Below are positions 1-16,280 of a DNA stretch of 64,000 bases, one piece after another. A program made the translations under genes and the position numbers. Under the pieces are notes generated by a model. The model was not told the origin of the DNA, searched no databases, and saw only the letters and a program-made list of their open reading frames with translations. This DNA comes from the human T2T-CHM13v2.0 reference genome, Homo sapiens: assembly GCF_009914755.1 (NCBI RefSeq), contig NC_060928.1. One strand, given 5' to 3'. Numbering within the stretch: the first letter of the stretch is position 1; each line of letters begins with the position of its first letter.

Positions 1-1829
1 TACATTGATACTAAGATGTTTAATTTAAATGTAATACAGAAAATATTTTTAAAGAATATTTAATGCAGGCATATGTTTTAGAAGTCTCAAATTGTTATTC
101 TCTTTGATTCATAAAAACATCTGTCATAATTAAGAAGCAAAATAAAAACAAAACAAAATAAATCTTAGACAATACTGTGTGTAAAGGAATATTAATCACA
201 ATATGATTTATAATTAGCTAATGCCTATAAAGTCTTAAATGTTCACTAATATGAAATGAGGTGTTATACTTTCTTCCACGGCACAGAAATCTATACAGTC
301 TTGCAAATTGTACTTTCAAAAAATATCTAAGACTATTACAGACAATTTTAAAACGATCACAATACAATATAATTGTGCTTCAAATAAAGCAATATACCAA
401 CTTACATACAGTAAAATGTCAATTTTATGAAACAGATGTAAAGGTGTTTATTTGAATGAGGCATCATTTAATGGCCTCAGTTACTCACTGAAGTTTTGTT
501 TACTAGTTTCTAGAGATTAAGGCACATGAAAATATAAGATCACATTTTACAGATAAAATTACACATACCCCTCAAAAAAAGACGAGAGGGTATAGAGAAG
601 TTGTTACACTGAAACAAAGTCAAATTTAGTTGTCTGAAATCCTGCAAAATACCTTGCAAAATATAATTGTTACTTAGAGAATGGAGTTTTCATGAAGCAT
701 TTGCTTTTCTAGCTTAAGGCTAGGATTTGAAGAGTCAAAACACAGGAAAGTGTCCTACACCAACGGGCCAAATCTAGCACAGATAAACACAGGCGCTTCC
801 TGTGGTTGAAGATTCAAAGAGTGTGAAACCAAGTTGGAGCAATTGGATTGTAAGAAAACTAAAAGTTGATAGCAGAAACCAATATAAGTAATTGTGTCTA
901 ATGCAGGCAAAATGATTGTATTTATTTCATTTTTTGATGTGAGATTGATTAAAAATTGCATGTGTATTGTAATAATATTGTTGAGTATTAGTTGATGTGC
1001 TATGATTTCTCGACCTCACTCAGTTCCTAGGTTTTCTGTATACTGTGTTACTAACCTTCTCCAAATTGTACCCCTAGACAACAGAAATGTGTTGCCCAAG
1101 GGAGAAATCTTTAGTGTGGAAGCAGAGGAGAAAAGTGACACATTCTTCATTTTTAAATCTGAAAGCTGCTGTCCCGGAATAAGGCAGAAGCAGAAAGCAA
1201 AACAGATGTTGATTTGGGTCTTTGAGAAGGAGTCCTGTGTCCCTGGTTCTTGGGAAGAGTCCATTTTAGGGAAATGGATTTGTGCTCATTTGTCTGATAG
1301 AAAGCAGTAGATTAAAAATCATGTTGTAGTGTCCAGGCATAAGGGACTTGGAGCAGCCTCTCATTATCCGAGATTTCCATGGAAGAGCATATGTTTTCTG
1401 GGCCTTTAAAGGATCCACCAACTGGCCTGGCAGGTAAAAATGTGTTTTAAGGTTAAGTCAGAGACAGGACATGTGGACACATGGGCATACGGACAGTTCA
1501 TTGAATTCTCACATAGGGGTATAATCAGACAAGAGAGTGTACATATCAGTGGACGCTATTTTAAATTGGTAGTATTGACCAGGGACCAAATGGACACCAC
1601 TTGCCATCTCAAGGCTGTAGGCCCATAAATCTACGTAAATCCTTGCAACTAGTGGTCACTTCAGGGTGAAAGAGGAAGAGCAGAAAACCGTTAATTGATT
1701 AAACTTAATTTGAATTTATTCAGTCTACCTGGAAATGATTGTAACTGTCTCCCTCAGGAAGAATGAAGATCAAAATAAAGATTATGCAAAATTATTGAAA
1801 TAATTACATTTTCCATATTTATGTATTCA

Positions 1830-3340
<1,511 letters not shown>

Positions 3341-3479
3341 CATTTTAGAAAACCTTTCCAAATAAATGTCTGGAGACAGACTTTTAAATCAAATTAATAG
3401 CGTCTACTTAGCAACAGCATCACCTACATTACTTCCAACTTAAAGAAAAAAATGTTTGTGGCATACCTGGGGAGCTCAC

Positions 3480-3640
3480 CAGATCCCTGAAATGTAGATA
3501 TTATTCACATTTGATGGATCAGAAAACTGAAGCTCCCATGATTTGGGCAATTTAAACAAGATCTGAAGGTCAGTTAAGCAGCAGAGGTGAAACATAAACC
3601 CATTTCTGCCTATATTAGTTGTAAGTTCTTGTTCTCATGC
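3480..3640 (-). mobile_element. MIR relic
   Basis: tattattcacatttgatggatcagaaaactgaagctc matches the reverse MIR core (ttattatccccattttacagatgaggaaactgaggc). Confidence 0.6.
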
Positions 3641-3891
3641 ACATGTTATCATATATGACAATGTTTCTTAAATTTAAGACAGCATTACCACTTCAAAATA
3701 TCTATAAAACCCAGTGTAAAAATCACTGTGTTAAAAAGTTACACCCTTAAAGTTATCATTTTTTACCAATACTTTACTCAGTAAAAATTCAGCTGATGAC
3801 ACTGGAATTATGTTACAGTGCTTGGTGTTAATACAGTTGTCAAAATGGTCAAATTCATGCATACATATTTTTCAGTTGAAATGCAAATGAA

Positions 3892-4185
3892 GCCGGGAGC
3901 AGTGGCTCACGCCTGTAATCCCAGCACTTTCGAAGGCTGAGGTGTGCGGATCACCTGAGGCCAGGAGTTCGAGACCAGCCTGGCGAACATGGTGAAACAC
4001 CATCTCTACTAAAAATACAAAAATTAGCTGGGCGTGGTCGTGGGCGCCTATAGTCCCAGCTACTTGGGAGGCTGAGGCAGGACAATTTCTTGAACCCGGG
4101 AGTCAGAGGTTACAGTGAGCCGAGGTCACGCCACTGCATTCCAACCTGGGTGACAGAGTAAGACCCTGTCTTGAAAAAAAAAAAA
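3892..4185 (+). mobile_element. AluS (Sx/Sz-like)
   Basis: Full Alu dimer with A tail; TSD aaatgcaaatgaa / aaatacaaatgaa. Confidence 0.95.
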
Positions 4186-4435
4186 TACAAATGAAAACAC
4201 CATAAAATATCTTTTAGATAAAAACTGACCCCATGAGACTATATTTATGGGTACTCAGTTTGACTAGTATTCATAAAATAAGTTAAAATAAGAAATGAAC
4301 ATTGTGATCACATAATCCAGGCACATAATTTTTAGGAGGAAACGAGCTCTGAAGTTTCATAGCATTAATATATAATATAAAGCTATATCCTACGTTGCAA
4401 AGGTAGGATCCAGATTGTGACCTTTCAATCTCTCT

Positions 4436-4742
4436 TTTATTTTTATTTATTTATTTTTTTTGAGACTAAGTTTTTCTCTTGTTTTCCAGGCTGGAGTGCA
4501 ATGGCACGTTCTTGGCTCACTGCAAACTCCACCTCCTGGGTTCAAGTAATTCTCCTGCCTCAGCCTCCTGAGTAGCTGGGATTACAGACATGTGCCACAA
4601 CGCCCAGCTAATTTTGTATTTTTAGTAGAGACAGGGTTTCTCCATGTTGGTCAGGCTGGTCTTTAAATCCGGACCTCAGGTGATCCGCCTGCCTTGGCCT
4701 CCCAAAGTGCTGGGATTACAGGCTTGAGCCACCGCGCCCGGC
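4436..4742 (-). mobile_element. AluS (Sp/Sq-like)
   Basis: T-rich tail then reverse Alu body with tctccatgttggtcaggctgg; flanked by TSD ttcaatctct. Confidence 0.95.
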
Positions 4743-4784
4743 TTCAATCTCTTATATTTGACCTGTCATTTATAGGTCTCTGGT

Positions 4785-4818
4785 TTCTTCCTTTTTCCTT
4801 CTTTCTTTTCTTTCTTTC

Positions 4819-4878
<60 letters not shown>

Positions 4879-4901
4879 TTTCTTTCTTCTTCTTTCTTTC
4901 T

Positions 4902-4932
<31 letters not shown>

Positions 4933-5000
4933 TTTCTTTCTTTCTTTCTTTTCTTTCTTTCTTTCCTTTCTTTCTTTCTTTCTTTCTTTCTTCTTTCTTT

Positions 5001-5067
<67 letters not shown>

Positions 5068-5100
5068 CTCTTTCTTTCTTTCTCTCTCTTTCTCTTTCTC
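4785..5100. repeat. Complex (TTTC)n/(GAAA)n polypyrimidine microsatellite, ~315 bp
   Basis: Uninterrupted C/T tract built from TTTC units with TTC/TC variants; explains the spurious KER- and FLS-repeat ORFs. Confidence 0.98.
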
Positions 5101-5628
5101 GCCCACACCAGCCCAAGCAACCACCCCCAAACACATTTTACTAGAAAAGCTAGAAAGTCAAAGAAGTCATAGACCTTTCCATGATAAATCTTAGAAACCT
5201 ATAATAATGTGATTCTTTAGTCCTAAAATTCTCTCTGCATTTCTATCGTATACAAAAAAAGTACCTAACTTATGAACAGTCATTTTGGGAGGGTGTGTGT
5301 TTCTAAATTTGTAGTTTTATTAACCTGATTTAGGGTTTTGTCCCGTTGCCATTTACCACCCACTATATTCTATTGGTTTAACTCAGTGCATTCTTAACAC
5401 TTCATGATATATTAGTAATTTTGTATATTTAGAAATGTGGCCATTTAAATCCTTTTTTTTTTCACATTCTGACTTCCTTAGTAATATGCATGCAAAGTAA
5501 AGTAAAATTTCCTGAGCAAAGGACATCAGAATCAGTTTCATGAAGATGAACCTGTGGCCAGAAAATGAAGACCTTTCCTGAATTCAGGTGGGAAAGAAGC
5601 TGCTGGAGGCTCAGGGTTAAGAATGTAC

Positions 5629-6180
5629 AGAAATACCATTTGACCCAGAAATCTCATTGCTGGGTATATACCCAAAGGAATATACATCATTCTATTATAA
5701 AGACACATGCACCTGTATGTTCATTACCTCACTATTCACAATAGCAAAGACATGGAATCAATCTAAATGTCCATTGGTGATAGACTAGATAAAGAAAATG
5801 TGCTACATGTATACCACGGAATACTATGAAGCCATTAAAAAGAAGGAGATCGTGTCCTTTGCAGGAAGATGGGTGGAGCTGGAGGCCATTATCCTTAGCA
5901 AATTAATGCGGGAAGAGAAAACCAAATACCAAATGTTCTCACTTAAAAGTAGGAGCTTAATTATGAGAACACATGGACACGTAGAGGGCAATAACATACA
6001 CTGGGGCCTATCTGAGGGTGGAGGGTAAGAGGAGGAAGAGGATCAGGAAAAATAACTAATAAGTACTAGGCTTAATATCTGGGTGATGAAATAATCTTCC
6101 AACAAATCCCCATGACACAAGTTTACCTATATAACAAACCTGCACATGTAACCATGAATTTAATAGCTAAAAAAAAAAAA
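5629..6180 (+). mobile_element. L1 3' end (older L1PA, PA13-16-like), 5'-truncated
   Basis: ORF2 C-terminal sequence (ataccatttgacccag...gggtatatacccaaagga; YTTEYYEAIKKKEIVSFAGRWVELEAIILSK), 3'UTR ...aaacctgcacatgta and poly(A). Confidence 0.93.
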
Positions 6181-6182
6181 GT

Positions 6183-6566
<384 letters not shown>

Positions 6567-6669
6567 CTAAGAAACCAGAAGAGCTATTTCGAAGCTGAGC
6601 AAAATGAACCATTAATTCATTGCTTAATTTAGTGAAATGCTTGATTTGATTGATAGATTTGTTTGATTA

Positions 6670-6780
6670 GTGAATTCATTCCACAAAATTGTACCTACTC
6701 TTAAATTATGCCAAGCAATGTGCTAGGCACTAGAGATATGAAGACTAGTATGAAATAGCCTTTTTATAGCAGTGAAATAA
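6670..6780 (-). mobile_element. L2 3' end relic
   Basis: attcattccacaaa...tatgccaagcaatgtgctaggcactagagata. Confidence 0.55.
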
Positions 6781-7349
6781 GAGTTAAAACAACTGTATGT
6801 TACATTAAGCAAAAACAAAACAACTCACCAAAAATGACAATAAAAATGCAAATGGGTATCCATGTTATGATTTTCATCATAACAGTTATGTATGGTATAG
6901 ACACAGTGTCAGAGAAAAAAGATGCAGGTCTTTTACTTATTGAAGTCATACATTTTGGTAACATGAGACATTAGTTTGTTTAGTGTGCTTTCATTTCCAG
7001 ATTATTGTTATTGACTTAGTCAAGAGTGAGCTACTCATGAAACTTTCTGTTTTTTGTTTTTCCAGAGAACCAACTTTGCACCCACAAGAGAGAAAAAGGC
7101 AAATAAATAATATTATATTTTGGAAGAGTCTTACAAAATGATTCATAATTAATTTGCAGTATACTATTCTAAAATTCTTTTGTAAGAGATTAAAGAAATA
7201 TGTACACATTAGAAAACTATAATTAGTACTCCTAATGGAAATCAATTTTCATTTACAAAATAGCTTTAAAAATTTACAAATACAATGTTAATTCACTCCT
7301 GCTTGCCCAACAAGGGGAGTTCTTGATGGAGTGAAAAAGAGCCTAAATC

Positions 7350-7580
7350 TTGAGCACTTACTGGGTACAGGGCACTGTCATGTGTGTTTCACGTGTATTG
7401 CCGAATGTGATACTTACAAAAACCATATCAGGTGGGTGTGGTAATTATCATGATGCCCATTTTGCAAATGAAGAAGCTGAGCCACTGAAATGTTCAACAA
7501 ATGTGCCTCCAGGATACACAGGTTGATTTTCCGTTTCAGGATTTGGACTCATATACTGGCCCCAATGTCTGCTATGTTCT
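7350..7580 (-). mobile_element. MIR relic
   Basis: tgagcacttact...ggcactgt...cccattttgcaaatgaagaagctgag. Confidence 0.7.
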
Positions 7581-9327
7581 CTTTTGGTAAACATGCAGGA
7601 AATGGAATGAAATATGTTGTCTTTAGTATAACAGAATCTTTAATTTGTAGCTCTATTTGAACTTTCTTAGCTGAAGTGTCCTCAACAAAGTCATATATGT
7701 AGTCACTAATCACTGTGAAAATGACAATATAAGAAGTAAAATTATATGTATACCATTCAAAGAGATCTGAAAATTGAATTAACTGAGCATTTTTGTAGCA
7801 TGAATCTTTGATTAGAAAATATTGGAGCCCATTTGCAACATTTTAGGTTGCTACATATAATGTTTTATATGAAATAATATAATCAACTTATTTATAGAAG
7901 TGTAGATGATTTTAGTTCTTTTCCTATCATTATTCAGACAGAGTTTGATAGCTTAGCAGACTCGTGTTGTATGTGTATATGTTAGGGAGGACAGGTTTGC
8001 AATTGAAGCTGATTGTTTGCCCAAACACCATCTGGCCTACCCATTTATAATATGTCAAATGAGACTGCCCAAGGTATGAGAAAAATCTTAATTTCACATT
8101 TATTCAGGTCATATTGGCCACAGCTCAAACTGCACTATTATATTGTTTGCATTTTCATCACCACCCGGTTTTTTTTTTAATTTTTTTCTGAATTCTCTTG
8201 AATGCTTTACTGATTTTCACTACCTTCCTTTTAATTATTTCAGAAACCTACTATTAAAGATTTTCACTCACTGTTGATCATAACGTTAATCATCTTGTTA
8301 CAATATAGACTATTATAAGCTTTAGTAAAATAACTTAAATATTTTAAAACCCAAATATCTTTGGATGGACTTTGTGTATATTAAATTCTTGTCTATTATA
8401 GCAAAGTTTCAATATGCATAAACATATACATATAAGTAAATATTTTATAATGTATCACTGGCTCTTGTAAAGATAGTTATTCATGCTCAATATCAACATT
8501 TTGAAAAATGTAGCTATTAATAAATATTTATGCACAAACTTAGATTTTTAACTGAAAGTTAATGGCTAGGATTTTTAAGTAACTGTCCAAATAATTAAAT
8601 AGAAGGAATAAAATAAACATTTCACTTTGCATTAGACACTTCTGCTAGAACATGTTTTATAAGAATTAAATGTTGAGGAATTTTAAAAACTACATTAGAT
8701 TTTAAATCACCTTAATAGTCCTACACTGATTTCTACTGTTTTAGTTGGAAGAATGATCAGAAATAGTATCCAGGGGAAATGTATTTTGTAAAAATACTGT
8801 AGTTTAATAATATGATAAGAAGGCAACTTCTGAGTATATCCTCTGATTAATTCAATGCCAAAATATATGGGGAAGATAGTTTTCAATGTAAATACTGATT
8901 CCTGTTTAGAAAATAAAAACAGTATATTATTAATTTAGATTAACATAATTAATATAACACTTATTTCCCAAAATGTTATATTTCTTTGGGTAGCCCCTTA
9001 ATTATTAGTCAAACAAGAAACCTCCAACAGAAGTATTTCAGAAAATATCATGGCATTTAAAAATATGAATGTTCATAATTTCCTTAATAGTTTACATTTT
9101 TAACCCCTTTAAAATGCTAATTTCATGATCTTTATTGCTGATTTATGAAAATATCACTATTCATTAGTAAAATATGTATTTTTAAATTAAAATTTGAATC
9201 TGAAAGAGCAAGGAAGACTTAATTGGAAGATGCATAGAATTTGTGAGGTCTTTTCAGAATATCTTACTGTATGTATGTTACAGAACATAAGCACTGAGTC
9301 AAAGCTCAGCGGAGGAAGTTCACGTTA

Positions 9328-9702
<375 letters not shown>

Positions 9703-9738
9703 TTATTACTTTAATGGTGAGTAGAAAGTAAGGTATGG

Positions 9739-10359
<621 letters not shown>

Positions 10360-13078
10360 ACAGCCAGGTATGGGAGGAAGGCAAATTATTTACATTTGTG
10401 GTGCATAAAATATACCAGAACAGGACCATACCCTGGATTCATCTCCTGTATGAAGTGTTAAAACTACATAATTCATAAAGTAGTCTAAACTGTGTATTTA
10501 TATGACAAGTATTGCATATTTCAGACAACCTAAGCAACATCAGTTTAACACATAGTATTTCTCAGTTAATCATTTTGAGTATATGGAAACTGCTGATTAT
10601 ATTACTACTATATATACAAAAACTATGCATGCTTTGAAGTCCTAAAATGAAGCAATCAATTTTTTTCTAAATTAATTCAAGAAGAGTAGTGAAATGAAGT
10701 GCATAATTTATTTCAGTCCTTAAAAGAAAATCATTTAATTGCTCATTTTGTTTTTAAGCACTTTTCCCCATAACTGCATAGAAATGATTCTTCAAGGCTT
10801 GTTAGATAAGTAGTCCTATCCTATTTTAAGGGAACTCTAATAACGTGGTAAAGGTAAGTGATAGCTGATTTTTCTAAATCTTCACATATATGTAAAATCC
10901 TAAATATTAGATGTTGAAACTTTTTAAATTGCATCATGAAGATGTTTATGAGGATTTTACAGAGTTATTTATCGAGTTTCCGAATTACATAATCAGATAT
11001 CCTATTTTTGTTACACTAGAATTAATTTCATTGTCATGTCTCAAGTCATCAATTTACATACAGATAACTATTAGATACTTATGAAAGATCTATTGACTTA
11101 AATATCAAAAAAAGAAAAGAAAGAAAAAAGAAAACCTTATCTTTTACTTCTTCCATAAATTTCAGTCATTAGTTTTGAATGAGGTTTTGATATACAAACC
11201 TGTGCTCTTATGAAACTGAGCAAAATATAATTTTTAGTATGGTGCACTATGCATAAATGAACTTATTACAGCAAAAATGCAGTTAATTATTTAATTACCT
11301 ATGTAGTCATTTTCATTTTGCTAGATTTAACTTTGAGGCGTATTTGTCATGTTCAAGTACTTATTTGATTTTTAAATTATATATCTTTTGTAGTAATCAT
11401 GTATTATTCTTTACCTGTGCAACTAACTGTTCTTTTGAAAAGCAGCAAAAATATAAACTGCTTATAATAATAATGAACCTGATGTGGTTAAAAATGAAGC
11501 TTTCATGAATGCTAATCAAAAATAAAAAGAATGAATCCACAATGAAAACCTAATTCTCTTTTGTTGATTTTGAAGATGTGTTTTGAACAAATTGCTTTTT
11601 CAATGGAATTCAAGTTTCCTTTTTTTCTTCAACCTATGTTTATGACAGTTCAGTCTGCTATCACTGACATGATTGTGAGGTTTGAAATAGTGTTAAAATT
11701 TCACTGCAGGATCAATTTTTACAGGGATTGCATGCTATGAGGTGGACATTTTCTTAAATATGCTTAATGTTGGTGTTCTTTGAGCAGTAGAATAAAAATT
11801 ACTAAAATTTATAGAATAATTGGACATAATTATATTTGTAGCTTTTGTTTATTGATTTAAAAGCCTTTTTCTTAAAATCTGCTTATAGAATATACCACTC
11901 TCACTTGACTTGCTTATAGAGAATATTTTTAAATGGAAATTTTTAGAATTTAATCTGGAATTTCAGCTTACTTTCTTCCTTCACACAATAAGGCTAGAGT
12001 TTAGTGACAGTATAATAGTAAAAAAATCAGAGGAAAATTAATGTGTAGCAATTGAGAAAATATTGCAGTATGGTATATGATAACTAGTTTCTCATGTTTG
12101 GAGTACCTATAATTTATATGTAATAAGTTTTTACATAATTTTATGTATTTATTGGTAGTGCAAGTTTTGGGAAAACTGATAGATTGAAAATTCCTTGCTA
12201 AATCGCCCTCAGCTGCTTTCACTAACTGCTTGAGTTGCTCTTTAGTGGTTCATATCACAACAGCAGAAACTCTTGAGTAGGACCCTTCCATAGAGCCAGG
12301 CAAGGTCATTTGTAAGTGTAAGTGCTGGAGGTATCTATGGGTAATGGATGCTTAAAGTGTGTACGAATGAACTTAATGTGATTACACTAATAATGGAAAA
12401 AAGCATATTGGTAAACTATTATTTCAGAAAATCAATTTGTACTTCCATAGTTTAAAATCTTTTCATTATTCTTACTACATTCACCATTTTCAATACTACT
12501 AAACTTGTATTTTTCGCTAGGAATTTTATCTCAATTTACTCTTGCTGACATTTTAAAACTCATTAATTTTGAGATCAATCACATTTTACTCTTCAAACCT
12601 ATGTATTTTACATACTTTTAATTTATATATGCTATTTTATATTAAAATTTTAATGCAATTTATGTAATATAAAAAGTAGATTTATACAATTTAAATGTAT
12701 ATCACATTTCCTTATCCTTATAAAATTATAAATGACATCTTACACACTAGGTTAAAAATTTTGTGAAGAACCAAAGAAAGTATACCGGTTAGAAACATTT
12801 GGGAAAATATTTTGCATATTTTTTAGGCTAAAACGGAATCATTTAATTATAGATATTTAAAAGTGCAATAAAATATTAGCTTCCATATTTATATAAATTC
12901 CAGAAAAAATAGTTCCTGGAATAAAGATTTAATTAAAGTATTTTACAAATTTTGAACTTTGTCATTTAGAATCTCCTTAAGAAAATAATTTGTCTAAAAA
13001 TAATGAGATCATTTCATATACTTGCTTATTTCACATACAAGTAACATATTTCCTAATAACCATGTTTAAAAAAATAGT

Positions 13079-13390
13079 TGGCCATGTGTAATTCCAGCAC
13101 TTTCAGAGGCAAGGTGGGCAGATGGCTTGAGCTCAGTAGTTAAAGACCACCCTGGGCAACATAGTGAGACCCTGTCTCAAAAAAGAAAAAAAAAATTAGC
13201 CGTGCATAGTGGTACAGTCCTGGAATTCCAGCTACTTGGGAGGCTGAGGTGAGAGGATTCAACCTAGGAGGTGGAGGAGAAGGTGCAGGTTGCAGTCAGC
13301 CAGTCAGCCAGTCAGCCAGTCAGCCGTAATCGCACCACTGCACTCCAGCCTGGGTCACAGAGCAAGACCTTGTCTCGAAAAAAAAAAATA
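13079..13390 (+). mobile_element. AluJ with internal (CAGTCAGC)4 expansion
   Basis: J diagnostics (gcttgagctcag, gggcaacatagtgagaccctgtctc, gaggtgagaggat); 8-mer x4 at 13293-13324. Confidence 0.9.
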
Positions 13391-13739
13391 ATAATAATTG
13401 ATGATTACCAATGTATATCTGCTGTAAAATGAAAAGGAAACATACTACTGCCCTCTACTAACAATGGAGGATCCATGCTTTGCTTACAGTAACATGTTAA
13501 CACCAAGAGTGAGGGAGAGTATTATACTGAAAATTGCTGAGTAAGGAAGTAGAGGTCATAGAAACATTTGACATTAATTGTTACATGTTATGACAGAGAT
13601 AAAGAAAGGTATATTTATAAAAAGACTACCATTTTTATAAAGATGCTTGCATTATACATTTATTCATCATATCTAAATTGAGTACTCACATAGTATCCAG
13701 CTTGTTTTTCTCCCTGAAAATGTATTTTTAGTTATGATC

Positions 13740-14100
13740 ATGTTGCCATTGTTTCAAATCTTGCATGACTCTTCTTTCCTAGCAAGTTAAATGCACAGTC
13801 CTTACTCTGCCATACCCAACCTTCCGCACGGTATGACTCCAGCCTCCGTTCTCTGCCAGTTCACTCTCTCGCTCTCAGTCACATCTCTTGTAACTCTTGC
13901 AAACCTGATTGCTTACTGTTCTCCAAACATGTATAAGCAGGGTTGGCTTCATTGAGTCAGGCGGTCTTGTGTCTTTATTAGATATGCAACATTGGGAAAA
14001 CTACTCAACTTCTCTGAATCACATTTATTCATTGATAAAATGTTGGAAGTATTGAATATGTCTAGTGCATTCTCTGACCATGAGATTATACTCCATCTCC
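13740..14100 (+). mobile_element. L2 fragment followed by a MIR fragment
   Basis: ...ttgcttactgttctccaaacatg (L2-like); attgggaaaactactcaacttctctgaatcacatttattcattgataaaatg (MIR core). Confidence 0.5.
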
Positions 14101-15376
14101 ATCCCATGTCTTAGTCCTTTTCTTTAACAGACAAATTACTATGAAGTTATCATTAACTAGATTGAATTATCATGTTAAAATTCTACTCATAGGAAGAATA
14201 CTATTTTAAAAAATAAGTTGTGTGAAAATATATAGATTCACTGAAAGAAAGAAATTCTTCACCTGCTTCTATTTTCTAAAATGGGGCAAGTGATATACAT
14301 GGAGATTAAAAAAGATTATAAGGAAGCATCTGTCCCTGTACATTTTTCTACAGTTTTTTTTGTATCTTATGTAGGTTTGTGAATTTCACTTAAAATTGCT
14401 TAAATTTTAAAAATGCAAAAATATTGTATGAATTTTGTGTTATTCCTTCTAAAATATTTTTATCTTTTTTATCAGATGTTTTTCCTTTTGAAAGCTTCTT
14501 CTAATGTAGGTTTTCAAATAATATCTGAATATAATTATAAATTGTATTATTTGATATTATTTAAAATTATGATATCGTATGATTAAGATATTTAAGTGAT
14601 ACTAAGATTATATTTGGAGTACCTATAATTTATATGTAATAATTTGTTAAATAAACTTATAGAATATAGAATATAAGTTTATATATATGATGCTTCTAAA
14701 GAATATAGAATATATTGGATATAGAATATAGAGGCATCTAAAGCAAGTTGTATGGATTAATATGTATGAATGAAACCCCAATATGCTCTGTGCAGTAGTT
14801 CAGTCTCTCCTGCGTCTCCTGCCTTCCCGCCCCTGACTCCTCATCTCTGCCTCTCATTGTTCTTGTTGTCCAGCAGCAGTACTGAAAACTACAATGTAAG
14901 ATAAAAAAAGATGGGAGAAGAAGAAAAAGAGGTGATTTTGGATTGTATACATAGATAGAGATAAGCATAGCAGTAATTAAGTCATTTTGCCTTCTGGAGC
15001 ACTAAAGTTGAAGTACTCACTTTAGTATCTAAACTAAGTAACTACATATATGGCATCTCAGAGCAATAATGGGTGATATATTTGTCCACTGTGATTTGGC
15101 TCGTATTTCCTGAGAGCCTTATATGTGAGAACAGATATTAGAATACTCCCAAGAGGCAAATGTCTTGAAGACCCATTTCATTCTCAGAAAGATGGAGGAC
15201 ATTACCATGCAGAGTGTGGGCACCTGCAGCCAGCCTTGGTTCTCTTATTTAAGAAGCTTAAAAATCCATTGTGAAAAAAATACTAATGCTTCAAAAATAG
15301 TGAATAAAAAGGGGGACAGGTAAGTAAATGCTGAATGTGTACTGAGGAGTTTTAATTTTAAAACAAATGAAACTTT

Positions 15377-15676
15377 CTTTTCCTTTTCCTTTTTTTTTTT
15401 TTTTTTTTTTTTTTGAGACAGAGTCTTGCTCTGTCGCCCGATCTTGGCTCAATGCAACCCCTGCCTCTCGGGTTCAAGCGATTTTCCTGCCTCAGCCTCC
15501 TGGGTGGCTGGGATTACAGGCATGTGTCACCATGCCTGGCTAATTTTTGTATTTTTAGTAGAGATGGAGTTTTGCTATGTTGGCCAGGCTGGTCTTGAAC
15601 CCCTGGCCTTGAGTGATCTACCCACCTCGGCCTCCCAAAATGTTGGGAGTACAGGCGTGAGCCACTGCACCAGGCC
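15377..15676 (-). mobile_element. AluS with a ~20-bp internal deletion
   Basis: Reverse Alu; TSD aaacaaatgaaacttt / aaacaaatgacacttt. Confidence 0.93.
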
Positions 15677-16280
15677 TTGAAACAAATGACACTTTGATAT
15701 TAATGTAAGAAGGAGGTCTTTGGTGCTGAAATGGACACCACAGTATTTTCTAATACTTGGGGAAAGACGAACAACAAACAAAAGGCAAAAGAATGGCAGC
15801 AGTCAGTCCCTTCGTGACTTCTTTGTTTGGTGTCTTCTTCACTTTTACGTTGATATGTTCTATTACCTTAATCTCTACAACTACAGGACTTTGAAGTGTG
15901 ATGGCAACACCCAGTGTGCTGGTGTCTCTGTCACTTTATAGCATTGTGACTTTTGACTAAGAACTTGAGCTGCCTAAATCTTACCTTTAAAATGAAAACA
16001 TAAGCACCTCTCTCTTAAGGATGCAATCTCAGAAAATTGATGATGTGAAGTGCTTTGGAGAGTGCTGGATGCCTTGAGCCTCTCAGGAAACTTAGCATTT
16101 TGTGTAATTATACAGTTTTTAAAAATCCATTTTTCTACTTCACAAAGGAGAAACATAACTGAGATAACTACTGAAATAAAGATTAAATGATATAAAAATA
16201 ATTCACTTTAATTTGCATCTCAAGAGAAGTCACTTCTCTATATTTTGGTTGCCCTTAACAGATTCTATGAATTCTTAGTG

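Noticed and set aside
4694-5194. Long ORFs encoding KERKKER or FLSFFLS repeats
   Set aside because: Translations of the stop-free (TTTC)n microsatellite plus an Alu end.
15974-16170. Minus-strand 60-aa ORF with a donor-like AAG|GTAAGA at 15985
   Set aside because: No recognisable protein similarity, weak acceptor and no partner exons.
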